DNA of 43,696 nucleotides from contig CAYRJW010000001.1 of assembly GCA_964424715.1 (NCBI GenBank), positions 1-43,696 of the forward strand, written 5' to 3'. Of this stretch, positions 21,303-29,979 are shown one piece after another. Source of the DNA: an uncultured Rickettsiales bacterium. GTDB taxonomy: Bacteria > Pseudomonadota > Alphaproteobacteria > Rickettsiales > UBA8987. The notes beneath the pieces were generated by a model. It had not been told where the DNA came from and ran no database searches. It saw only the letters and a list, made by a program, of their open reading frames with translations. A program made the translations under genes and the position numbers. Each line of letters opens with the position of its first letter. The first letter of the stretch is position 1.

Positions 21303-22424
21303 ATGGAACTCGCAACATTGATCGTGCATAATATAATCTCATTCATAGTGATACTTTCCATTATAGTGTTCCTGCATGAGTTCGGACATTACTGGGTAGC
21401 GAAGAAATTCGGCGTGAAGATAGAAACATTCTCGATAGGTTTCGGCAAAGAGATATTCGGCTGGAACGATAAAAGCGGTACAAGATGGAAAATAAGCATG
21501 TGGCCCCTTGGTGGCTATGTAAAAATGTTCGGGGATGATTCGGCAGCAAGTACGCCGGATAGTAAAAAACTAAGCGAGATGTCGGATGAGGAAAAGAAAG
21601 TCTCTTTCTATTTCCAGAAGATATATAAAAGGTTCCTTATCGTTCTTGGTGGCCCGGCGTTTAATTTTTTAACGGCTATCGTAATTCTTTCATTCTTCTT
21701 TTTCTTCTATGGTCGCCCGGAAACAAAGCCGGTGGTTGATACTGTGGTTGAAAATTCCGCCGCTGCCGCTGCCGGGTTTAAAAAAGGCGACGAGATCATT
21801 GAGCTTGATGGCCAGAGCATCACAAGGTTCGAACAGATAAAAGGCATAGTTTCCCTTAACCCTGAGATCCCGCTTGAGATAGTTTATTTAAGGGATGGAA
21901 AAAAAATAAAAACGAAAATTACTCCGAAGATGCAGGAGACAAAAGATATATTCGGTGATGTAACAAAAATAGGCCTGATAGGTATCGGTGCAACAGAATC
22001 GACATTTAAAAAGCTTGGCGGCACGGAAGCAATTTCCGCTTCGGTCATCGAGACATATGACATTAGCGCAAAAACACTTCAGGCAGTCGGGCAGATGATA
22101 ACCGGCCAGCGTTCTGCGCATGATATAAGCGGCGTTCTGCGCATCGCGGATTACTCAGGAAAATCGGTTGATCAGGGTTTTAAAATGGTGTTCTGGTTCA
22201 TGGCTATCATTTCAATAAATCTGGGGCTGGTGAATCTGTTCCCGATTCCAATGCTTGACGGCGGACATTTATTCTTCTACTTAATTGAAGCAGTCAGGGG
22301 TAAGCCATTGTCCGAAAAGACACAGGAATATCTCTTCCGTTTCGGCTTTTTAGTACTGATGAGCCTGATGGTGTTTGCAACTTTTAACGATTTGAGTCAT
22401 TTTAATATTATAAAACTTCCATAA
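21303..22424 (+). CDS. rseP: RIP site-2 zinc metalloprotease RseP
   Basis: HEFGHYWVA (HExxH) in TM1, a central PDZ region, and the C-terminal NLFPIPMLDGGH motif. Confidence 0.93.
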   Translation: MELATLIVHNIISFIVILSIIVFLHEFGHYWVAKKFGVKIETFSIGFGKEIFGWNDKSGTRWKISMWPLGGYVKMFGDDSAASTPDSKKLSEMSDEEKKVSFYFQKIYKRFLIVLGGPAFNFLTAIVILSFFFFFYGRPETKPVVDTVVENSAAAAAGFKKGDEIIELDGQSITRFEQIKGIVSLNPEIPLEIVYLRDGKKIKTKITPKMQETKDIFGDVTKIGLIGIGATESTFKKLGGTEAISASVIETYDISAKTLQAVGQMITGQRSAHDISGVLRIADYSGKSVDQGFKMVFWFMAIISINLGLVNLFPIPMLDGGHLFFYLIEAVRGKPLSEKTQEYLFRFGFLVLMSLMVFATFNDLSHFNIIKLP

Positions 22425-22444
22425 TAAAAAACAGGGTTGGAACC

Positions 22445-24727
22445 ATGAAAAACATTAAATTAATCTTAGCTTTAGCGATCATCGCCGGTTCTTTTTCTGC
22501 TCGTGCCGAAGAAACCGTGATAAAAGATATTCAGGTGAATGGTAATAAAAGGGTTGAGACCGCCACTGTTGAAGCATTTTTGAATGTTCCTCTTAACCAG
22601 CCGGTTGATAAATCAACGCTCGATGGCGCGTTTAAAAGAATGTACGATACCGGCCTGTTCGAAGATCTGAATATGGCACTTAAGAACGGCGTGCTTATAG
22701 TGAATGTTGTTGAGAACCCGGTTGTTTCGGAAGTTAATTTAGTTGGCAATAAAAAGCTTGATGAAGAAAAGATAACCCCTGAACTTAAAGTTTCCCCGCG
22801 CGCTATATTTAAAGAATCTGATGTAAAAGCGGATGTGAAACGCATATTAACTCTTTACCAGAGAAGCGGCCGTTTCAATGTTAAGGTTGATCCTAAAATT
22901 GAAAAACTTGATGATGGCAGGGTCAATGTTACCTATAAAATAGACGAAGGTCAGCGCGCTGAAGTTGAACAGATATCTTTCATCGGCAATAACGCTTTCA
23001 GCGAAGGCGAGCTTGAATCTGTAGTGAGCACAAAAGAAAGTGCATGGTATAAATTCTTCTCCGGCAATGACAATTACGATCCGGACAGACTGGAATATGA
23101 CAGGGAATTACTGCGCAGGCACTATGTAGCCAGCGGCTATGCCGATGTAAGGATTATCTCTGCTGATGCAGAATATAATGAATCTGAAAAAGCCTTTAAT
23201 GTTATATATACAGTTGATGAAGGCGCGCATTATAATTTCGGCAAGGTCGATATCACAAGCTCTATACCTGATATCACCCTTGATAAGGTGGCCGAACAGA
23301 TAAAAACCAGAGAAGGAAAGGAATTCAACGCGAATCTGGTTGAAAGCACCATCTCTAACCTTACCGATCACCTTGGTGATAAAGGCTATGCCTTCGTAAG
23401 AATAGACCCGCAATATAATAAAGGTGAGAATAACACGATGGATATCACCTATATGATATCTGAAGGCCCGCGCGTTTATGTTAATAAAATTAACATCATC
23501 GGCAATGCCCGTACTATGGATGAAGTCATCAGAAGAGAATTCAGGATAGCTGAAGGTGATCCATATAACGCATCCAAGATCAAACGCTCTAAACAAAGAA
23601 TTGAAGCGCTTGGCTTCTTCTCAAAAGTTGATGTTGAGAATCAGGCGACAGATAAAGCTGATAAGGTTGATGTTAATCTTAAAGTTGCCGAACAATCTAC
23701 CGGTGAACTTACCTTTGGCGCAGGTCTTTCCAGCGCGGATGGTGTTCTTGGTGATGTCAGCATAACCGAACGCAACCTGCTTGGTAAAGGCCAGTTCCTG
23801 AGGGCGAATTTCACTGTTGCCTCAACAAGGCAGGAGATAGATCTTTCCTTCACTGAACCTTACTTCATGGACAGGAACTTTGCGGCCGGTATCGATCTTT
23901 TCAATACCTCTAACCAAAGCGGCGGTAGCTTCAACAACTATACGTTTGATAGCTCCACCACTGGTTTCAGCCTGAGAGGAACTTATCCGTGGAATGAATA
24001 TGTAAGCCACACCGTAAGATACACCCTGAGAAGCGATGAGGTTTCCAACCCTGCGGTAGGTGCATCTGCCTATGTACTTGAGCAGGTGGGTTCAAGGATG
24101 ACCTCTTCCGTGGGCCAGACATTCTCCTACAACACGCTTGATAACCAGCTTTCACCAACTGCCGGCTGGCTGGCATCATTAAGCCAGGATGTTGCAGGTG
24201 TGGGTGGCGATGTGAATTACCTGAAACATGAAGGTAAGTTGAATTACTTCACCCCAGTATCTGAGGACTGGTCTGATGTGGTGCTGAAACTTTCTGCAAG
24301 GGCTGGTAATATACTTGGCCTTAACGGCGATAATGTTGCCATCAATGACAGGTTCTTCGTAGGCTCTACCATAATCAGGGGCTTTGATAACCAAGGTATC
24401 GGCCCGCGTGATAAGGTCACCAAAGATCCGCTTGGTGGTAATACTTACTACGCTGCTTCAACCGAAATGATGTTCCCGCTCGGCCTGCCTGAGGAGCTGG
24501 GAATAAAAGGTGCGGTGTTCGCTGATGCTGCAACGCTTTCCGATGTTGATACGGCACTTACCACCACCAATGTTCAGGATGATACTGCTATAAGGGCATC
24601 CGCGGGTGTTGGCGTGTTCTGGCGCTCGCCGGTCGGCCCGATCAGGGTTGATCTTGCAACGCCTATCCAGAAACAAAGCTACGATGAAACCCAGGTCGTA
24701 AGATTCAGTTTCGGAACCAAATTCTAA
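22445..24727 (+). CDS. bamA: outer membrane protein assembly factor BamA
   Basis: 760 aa with a signal peptide, five POTRA-like repeats and a C-terminal beta-barrel ending ...VRFSFGTKF. Confidence 0.95.
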   Translation: MKNIKLILALAIIAGSFSARAEETVIKDIQVNGNKRVETATVEAFLNVPLNQPVDKSTLDGAFKRMYDTGLFEDLNMALKNGVLIVNVVENPVVSEVNLVGNKKLDEEKITPELKVSPRAIFKESDVKADVKRILTLYQRSGRFNVKVDPKIEKLDDGRVNVTYKIDEGQRAEVEQISFIGNNAFSEGELESVVSTKESAWYKFFSGNDNYDPDRLEYDRELLRRHYVASGYADVRIISADAEYNESEKAFNVIYTVDEGAHYNFGKVDITSSIPDITLDKVAEQIKTREGKEFNANLVESTISNLTDHLGDKGYAFVRIDPQYNKGENNTMDITYMISEGPRVYVNKINIIGNARTMDEVIRREFRIAEGDPYNASKIKRSKQRIEALGFFSKVDVENQATDKADKVDVNLKVAEQSTGELTFGAGLSSADGVLGDVSITERNLLGKGQFLRANFTVASTRQEIDLSFTEPYFMDRNFAAGIDLFNTSNQSGGSFNNYTFDSSTTGFSLRGTYPWNEYVSHTVRYTLRSDEVSNPAVGASAYVLEQVGSRMTSSVGQTFSYNTLDNQLSPTAGWLASLSQDVAGVGGDVNYLKHEGKLNYFTPVSEDWSDVVLKLSARAGNILGLNGDNVAINDRFFVGSTIIRGFDNQGIGPRDKVTKDPLGGNTYYAASTEMMFPLGLPEELGIKGAVFADAATLSDVDTALTTTNVQDDTAIRASAGVGVFWRSPVGPIRVDLATPIQKQSYDETQVVRFSFGTKF

Positions 24728-24749
24728 TTTTTGAGGATAATTTATTATT

Positions 24750-25292
24750 ATGAGATATTGCCTTTTACTGTTAAGCCTTGCGGTCATCGCAGGTTCTTCT
24801 TCCGTCCGTGCCGATGATAAATATGAGATAAAACGCATTGCCGTGGTTGATGTTAAACGCATCACCGATGAATCACTGGCCGCGAAGACCGCTCAGAAAG
24901 AAGTCGGCAAACTGAAAGATAAATATCTTGCCGAGATAAAAGCCGAAGACAAAAAACTTCAGGACAGGCAGAAGCAGCTGGTCGGTGAGAAGAAGGTTCT
25001 TTCCGCGGAAGCTTTCAACAAAAAGGTCCTGGAATTCAGGAAGCTGGTAGATGTCAAAAAGGCTGAAGCCGCAAAGAAACAAAAAGTTGTTGAGGCTGCT
25101 TACCTAAAATCACTGGAACTTATCCGCGATGAGACAATGAAAGTCATCGCCGAGATCGCAAAAGACAAAGAACTTGATCTGGTGATACCTTCCTCGCAAT
25201 TACTATTCAGCAAACCTGCAACGGACATCACTCAGGAAACTCTGGGGATGCTGAATGAAAGGCTTACCAAGGTTGATATAAACGTTAAGTAG
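24750..25292 (+). CDS. skp: OmpH/Skp-family periplasmic chaperone
   Basis: Signal peptide, Lys/Glu-rich coiled-coil sequence, 180 aa, immediately downstream of bamA. Confidence 0.85.
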   Translation: MRYCLLLLSLAVIAGSSSVRADDKYEIKRIAVVDVKRITDESLAAKTAQKEVGKLKDKYLAEIKAEDKKLQDRQKQLVGEKKVLSAEAFNKKVLEFRKLVDVKKAEAAKKQKVVEAAYLKSLELIRDETMKVIAEIAKDKELDLVIPSSQLLFSKPATDITQETLGMLNERLTKVDINVK

Positions 25293-25301
25293 TTCTTTAA
25301 A

Positions 25302-26039
25302 CTATACCATTAACATCCCGCCATTAACGTGAATTGTCTGGCCAGTGATATAAGCGGCCTCATCTGAGGCAAGGAAACATACGGCGGCGGCGACATCTTT
25401 TGGTTTGCCCATCACGCCCACAGGGATAACAGATAGCATTTTATTTTTCTGATCTTCAGTTAGTTTATCGGTCATTGCGGTCTCGATGAAACCAGGGGCG
25501 ATGTTGTTTGCAGTAACGCCGCGTGATGCAAGCTCAGAGGCTATGGATTTTACTAAGCCCGCAACCCCTGCTTTTGATGCAACATAATTGGCCTGTCCCG
25601 GATTGCCCATAGTGCCGACGATAGAGCCGATAGTAATGATACGGCCATGGCGGTTCTTCATCATGCCGCGCATGCAGGATTTAATCAGTGTGAAGGTGGA
25701 GGTAAGGTTAACCTGTATCACTTCCTCAAAATCTTCCTCGCTCATGCGCATGGAGAGATTATCCTTGGTGATACCGGCATTACAGATTAGTATATCTATC
25801 TTGCCCATTTTCTCTTCCGCCGTGGCGGCAAGTTTTTTGATGGATTCTTTGTCTTTCAGGTTAGCGGTCTGAACATGCACGCGCTCACCCAGTGACTTTG
25901 CCAGCTCCTGTAATTTTTCTTCCCTTGTACCGGAGATGGTTATCTCGCAGCCCTGCGCGTGCAGAAGTCTTGCTATATCTTCACCGATACCACCGGTTGC
26001 GCCGGTAACCAAAGCCTTTTTACCCTGTAAACTGAACAT
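25302..26039 (-). CDS. fabG: 3-oxoacyl-[ACP] reductase (SDR family)
   Basis: MFSLQGKKALVTGATGGIG (TGxxxGIG), NAG, the Y-x3-K motif (YVASKAG) and PGFIET. An AAGGAG RBS sits upstream of the internal Met pair, so the ORF-track N-terminal extension to 26093 was dropped. Confidence 0.88.
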   Translation of the reverse strand: MFSLQGKKALVTGATGGIGEDIARLLHAQGCEITISGTREEKLQELAKSLGERVHVQTANLKDKESIKKLAATAEEKMGKIDILICNAGITKDNLSMRMSEEDFEEVIQVNLTSTFTLIKSCMRGMMKNRHGRIITIGSIVGTMGNPGQANYVASKAGVAGLVKSIASELASRGVTANNIAPGFIETAMTDKLTEDQKNKMLSVIPVGVMGKPKDVAAAVCFLASDEAAYITGQTIHVNGGMLMV

Positions 26040-26094
26040 CATATTCTCCTTGTTTCTGAGAGAGAAAATCGCAGTTAGAGTAAATAATGTCAAT

Positions 26095-26122
26095 AAAAAA
26101 GCCCCGTAAATTATTACGGGGC
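26095..26122 (-). terminator. rho-independent terminator of the BI-1/YccA gene
   Basis: On the minus strand, GCCCCGTAA-taat-TTACGGGGC is followed by TTTTTT. It lies between the BI-1 stop (26156) and the fabG start. Confidence 0.8.
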
Positions 26123-26155
26123 TTTAAAAGTAAGAATTGCAAACCTTGCTATTGT

Positions 26156-26875
26156 CTAGCGACGGTTGCCCATCAGTTGAAGCAGATTGATGAACATATA
26201 GACAAAATCAAAGTATAGCTGCAGGGCGCCCAGTATAGCGGCTTTTGAACGGGCAGCGGCATCGCCGCCTACCATGAAATAGACCTGTTTTATCTTCTGG
26301 GTATCGTATGCGGTAAGTGCAACGGAAGCGACCACTGCAACGATGGAAGAGATAAACATTATCTGCGAGCTGCCGATGAATATATTAATGATGCTGGCAA
26401 GGAAAACACCCCAGATACCTATCATGGCAAAAGTGCCGAAAGAGGTAAGGTCTTTTTTGGTGGTGTAGCCGTATAAGCTCATGCTCATGAAGGTTGCGGC
26501 GGTAACGAAGAATGCGCGTGCTACCGATTCATGCGTATATTGCAGGAATATCGGGCAGACCATAAGCGATAAAAGCACCGCATAGCCATAGAAGGAAAGC
26601 TTTGCATTGGCTTCGCTCATTCGCATCATTTTTGGCATAACGGCAAAGGCCATCACCAGCGTGGCGATAAGCCATACTATGCTTAATGACATCACAACCG
26701 AAGTAAGCTGTGGGCTGCTGAGCACGAACCATGATACAAGGCCACTTAGGCCTAGGCCGGCTGCCATGTGGTTATATACTTTTATCATATGTGTACGCAG
26801 GCCCTGATCTATAGCAGCGCCTTGCGACTGGGTGCCTTGAGTGTAATCTCTAGGGCCGTTTGAAAAATCTACCAT
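26156..26875 (-). CDS. Bax inhibitor-1 / YccA family membrane protein
   Basis: 239 aa, about 7 TM helices, a Gln/Gly-rich N-terminus, and the C-terminal ...QLYFDFVYMFINLLQLMG typical of the BI-1 family. Confidence 0.85.
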   Translation of the reverse strand: MVDFSNGPRDYTQGTQSQGAAIDQGLRTHMIKVYNHMAAGLGLSGLVSWFVLSSPQLTSVVMSLSIVWLIATLVMAFAVMPKMMRMSEANAKLSFYGYAVLLSLMVCPIFLQYTHESVARAFFVTAATFMSMSLYGYTTKKDLTSFGTFAMIGIWGVFLASIINIFIGSSQIMFISSIVAVVASVALTAYDTQKIKQVYFMVGGDAAARSKAAILGALQLYFDFVYMFINLLQLMGNRR

Positions 26876-26972
26876 TTTCCCTCCTTTTGGGATTGTTTTA
26901 ACTACGCTATTAATATATAGCTAATTTCATAATATTTCAAGTATAACAGGAAAAATTCAATTAGCGCAAGTA

Positions 26973-28040
26973 ATGTCTGATATTAAAAAAAGTCTTTTAC
27001 CTCAAGGGTTTCACGATCACCTGCCGCCGGAAGCGGCCGGAGAGATGCACCTTAATTCGGTAGTGGTGAACAGCCTGACGATGTTCGGCTATGAACTGGT
27101 ACGCCCAGCGATGATGGAGTTTGAGGAAAGCTTAGACAAGGATTTCTCATCCGATTTCTTCAAGGTAACAGATACTATCTCCGGCAAAATGATGGTAATA
27201 CGCAATGATATCACGCCGCAGATTGCGCGCGTTGTTAAAGATAGATACGGCGCAGAAGCCCAGACAAAAACCATCCGGCTTGCATATACCGGGCAGGTGA
27301 TAAGAAAGACCGGCAAAGGTAAATTCACCGAGCGCCAGCTTACGCAAACCGGGTTCGAGCTGGTTTCCGATAACAGCGCAAAACGCGATGCGGAAATTTT
27401 ATTTGTAGCGATAGAAGCTTATGAAAAAGCCGGGATGAAAGATTACACGGTCGATCTGTGTTATCCGAAACTTGCGCGGATATTACTTGAGGAAAAGAAT
27501 TGTAACATCGCAGAAATTGCAGGTGTGGCAGCGCTTATAGAAGGGAAGGACATTCAGACATTAGCGGGCAATCCTAAATATTCCGACATAGTAAAAATAA
27601 TAAAAATATCGGATGAGGCGAGTGATCTTAGATCTGGAATAGAAGTTTTAGGCAAGCTGGAAAAAGAGATATCATCAGATACGGTAAAGAAAATATTCAC
27701 GCGGATAAAAGAGGTGATGGAAATTATTGCAAAGTCGGTGGCGGATATGAAAATATCGCTGAATCTACTGGAAGCTATGGGGTTTGAATACCATAACGGG
27801 CTTTGCTATTCGTTCATTTCCAAAAAGAATTTTGACGAGATAGGGCGTGGCGGCAGGTATAAGATATCATTGAGCAAAGAAAAGTCACTTTCGGCGGCGG
27901 GGTTCACGTTCCTGATAAATTCGATGCTGCGCAGTGCGGAGATAAATATCAAAAGCGAACAGAAAAATATAAGTTACGATGAAGGTTTTTCCGCTTCAAA
28001 GAATATCAGGGATAAAAATATAATAACAATTTTTGAATGA
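26973..28040 (+). CDS. hisZ: ATP phosphoribosyltransferase regulatory subunit HisZ (HisRS paralogue)
   Basis: LLPQGFHDHLPPEA at the N-terminus, a class II aaRS-like core (FKVTDTISGKMMVIRNDITPQIAR, RLAYTGQVIR) and no anticodon-binding domain. Confidence 0.7.
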   Translation: MSDIKKSLLPQGFHDHLPPEAAGEMHLNSVVVNSLTMFGYELVRPAMMEFEESLDKDFSSDFFKVTDTISGKMMVIRNDITPQIARVVKDRYGAEAQTKTIRLAYTGQVIRKTGKGKFTERQLTQTGFELVSDNSAKRDAEILFVAIEAYEKAGMKDYTVDLCYPKLARILLEEKNCNIAEIAGVAALIEGKDIQTLAGNPKYSDIVKIIKISDEASDLRSGIEVLGKLEKEISSDTVKKIFTRIKEVMEIIAKSVADMKISLNLLEAMGFEYHNGLCYSFISKKNFDEIGRGGRYKISLSKEKSLSAAGFTFLINSMLRSAEINIKSEQKNISYDEGFSASKNIRDKNIITIFE

Positions 28041-29494
28041 ACGCGAAACCGAACATGAAGCAATATTCTGCGCTGAATCTGAAGACCATACCGTTCGATA
28101 TAGGCAGGATACATTTTATCGGCATCGGCGGCATCGGGATGAGCGGCATTGCGGAGATATTGCATAATCTTGGCTATAAAGTTAGCGGCTCTGACCTTGC
28201 AGATAATTATAATGTGAAGCGGCTGCGCAATCTCGGTATAGAAGTTTTCATCGGGCATGATGCGAAGAATATCGATGGTGCTTCCATCATCGTTAAATCA
28301 ACAGCAGTGCTGAATGTTAACCCGGAGATAATCGCGGCGCGGGAGAAGAAGATACCGATAGTGAAACGCTCGGAGATGCTTGCAGAACTTACAAAGTTAA
28401 AAGCAACGGTTGCTATCTCAGGTTCTCACGGAAAAACTACAACCACCTCCATCATCGGTCATATTTTTGATGTTGCAGAGCTGGAGCCTACCATAATAAA
28501 TGGCGGCGTTATCAATAACCTTGATTCAAACGCGAAGCTTGGCGAGGGCGACTGGCTGGTTGCTGAAGCGGATGAGAGTGATGGTACGTTCATAAAAATT
28601 CCGGCAACTATCGGTGTTATCACGAATATCGACCCGGAACATATGGATTACTGGAAGGACCTCAGCTCGTTGCATGATGCGTTCGTGAGGTTCATCACGC
28701 AATTGCCGTTCTATGGTTACGGGGTGATGAATATAGACCACCCGGTAGTGCGCGAGATATACAAGAAAGTTGAGGATAGAAGGATATATACATATTCCAT
28801 GAATGATGCGGCCGCTGATATCTGCTGTACAAGTTTTGTGCAGGAAAATAATAAATCGAAATTCAAAGCTACCATCTCGGCGGAGCTTTCCGGCACCAAG
28901 TCGCCTTTAGAGGCCGAGTTCGAGATACCGGCAGTGGGGATACATAATATATCCAATTCACTTTCGGCGATTGCGGTGGCGCTTGGGATAAAGATAAATA
29001 TCGAGACCATCAAAAAAGCGCTGAGCACTTTCGGCGGGGTAAAAAGAAGATTTACGCTGGTAGGAAATGCACTGGGCGCGACCATCATAGATGATTACGC
29101 ACACCACCCGGTTGAGATAGCAGCAACACTGAACGCTGCACGGCAATATATAGATGGCAAAGGCGGCAGGGTGATAGCAGTGATGCAGCCACACAGATAT
29201 ACGAGGTTGGAACATTTATTTGCTGGTTTCAGCGAATGTTTTACCGATGCCGATGAGGTAATGATATTGCCTGTATATTCCGCAGGAGAAGCTGCAATTG
29301 CCGGCGTTGATAATATAACTTTAGCAAAAGCCGTAGCGGCTAAAGGAAAAAAGGTACGAGCGATCGAAAATGATACAGATCTGCCAGTGAAACTGAAAGA
29401 TGTTATAAAACAAGGGGATGTTATAGTGTGCATGGGCGCCGGGAGCATCACTTATATGGCCGCAAAACTACAGTCTCAACTAACCTCCGGTTGA
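28037..29494 (+). CDS. murC: UDP-N-acetylmuramate--L-alanine ligase
   Basis: HFIGIGGIGMSGIAEIL, GSHGKTTTTS P-loop, EADESDGTF and DDYAHHP. ATGA overlap with hisZ. Confidence 0.95.
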   Translation: MNAKPNMKQYSALNLKTIPFDIGRIHFIGIGGIGMSGIAEILHNLGYKVSGSDLADNYNVKRLRNLGIEVFIGHDAKNIDGASIIVKSTAVLNVNPEIIAAREKKIPIVKRSEMLAELTKLKATVAISGSHGKTTTTSIIGHIFDVAELEPTIINGGVINNLDSNAKLGEGDWLVAEADESDGTFIKIPATIGVITNIDPEHMDYWKDLSSLHDAFVRFITQLPFYGYGVMNIDHPVVREIYKKVEDRRIYTYSMNDAAADICCTSFVQENNKSKFKATISAELSGTKSPLEAEFEIPAVGIHNISNSLSAIAVALGIKINIETIKKALSTFGGVKRRFTLVGNALGATIIDDYAHHPVEIAATLNAARQYIDGKGGRVIAVMQPHRYTRLEHLFAGFSECFTDADEVMILPVYSAGEAAIAGVDNITLAKAVAAKGKKVRAIENDTDLPVKLKDVIKQGDVIVCMGAGSITYMAAKLQSQLTSG

Positions 29495-29519
29495 AACCTT
29501 CCGTAAAATTTATTATAAT
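29491..29519 (+). promoter_or_regulatory. near-consensus sigma70-type promoter overlapping the murC stop codon
   Basis: TTGAAA (29491-29496, containing the murC TGA), an exactly 17-nt spacer, then TATAAT (29514-29519). The predicted +1 at about 29526 is the A of the second ATG of the small ORF, implying a leaderless transcript. Confidence 0.45.
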
Positions 29520-29522
29520 GAT

Positions 29523-29657
29523 ATGATGGAAGAGAAGAAAACCAAAAAAGCTAAACTTGAGGAAGCTTTAAGACAGAATTTACTGCGTCGCAAGGAATCT
29601 ACGAAGAGCCAGAATTTAGCAGATAGGAATTCAATTAATAAGGACAAGCGGTCTTAA
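29523..29657 (+). CDS. small (43-44 aa) highly basic hypothetical protein
   Basis: MMEEKKTKKAKLEEALRQNLLRRKESTKSQNLADRNSINKDKRS. It is below the ORF-track size cut-off. It sits directly behind the consensus promoter, and its stop TAA is immediately followed by the ATG of the next ORF. Confidence 0.4.
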   Translation: MMEEKKTKKAKLEEALRQNLLRRKESTKSQNLADRNSINKDKRS

Positions 29658-29978
29658 ATGTTTTGGTCAAAAAATCCGCATACAAAAGCCGAGCAGATCG
29701 CCAAGAACAAAGAGCGTGATATAAGGGTTCGCGCCCACCAGCTTCACATGAAAATGTCGGAACAGCAGGAAGCGATAGCGGAACAATCCATGGGCCATGC
29801 CGAAAATCCCAATGCCAGCGAGGGCCTTGATGAAGATGCCGGTAGCCAGGTTGGAAGAGAGGTGCAGAAGGCAAAGGAATTCGTTCACGGCAGAAGCAAA
29901 CAGTTAAAAAGCATGCGCTCCCGCATAAGGTCCGGCAGAAGAAAAGCCAGCTCCCGCGGCCGTTCACTTGGATTCTAA
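29658..29978 (+). CDS. hypothetical highly charged 106-aa protein with an Arg/Ser-rich C-terminus
   Basis: It uses genome-typical ATA-Ile and AGA/AGG-Arg codons, whereas the two overlapping minus-strand ORFs use none. The stop at 29976-29978 lies 1 nt before the queA ATG. I recognise no family. Confidence 0.5.
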   Translation: MFWSKNPHTKAEQIAKNKERDIRVRAHQLHMKMSEQQEAIAEQSMGHAENPNASEGLDEDAGSQVGREVQKAKEFVHGRSKQLKSMRSRIRSGRRKASSRGRSLGF

Positions 29979-29979
29979 A

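Noticed and set aside
29635-29967. Minus-strand ORFs of 110 aa (29635-29967) and 73 aa (29667-29888, hydrophobic and membrane-protein-like) overlap the 106-aa plus-strand ORF.
   Set aside because: The 110-aa product is Cys/Trp/His/Arg-rich, a typical antisense artefact. The 73-aa ORF needs a GTG start and uses no ATA-Ile, AGA or AGG codons, unlike real genes here. Apparent hydrophobicity is the expected mirror of a Lys/Glu-rich sense frame. The plus-strand ORF fits the operon junctions exactly.
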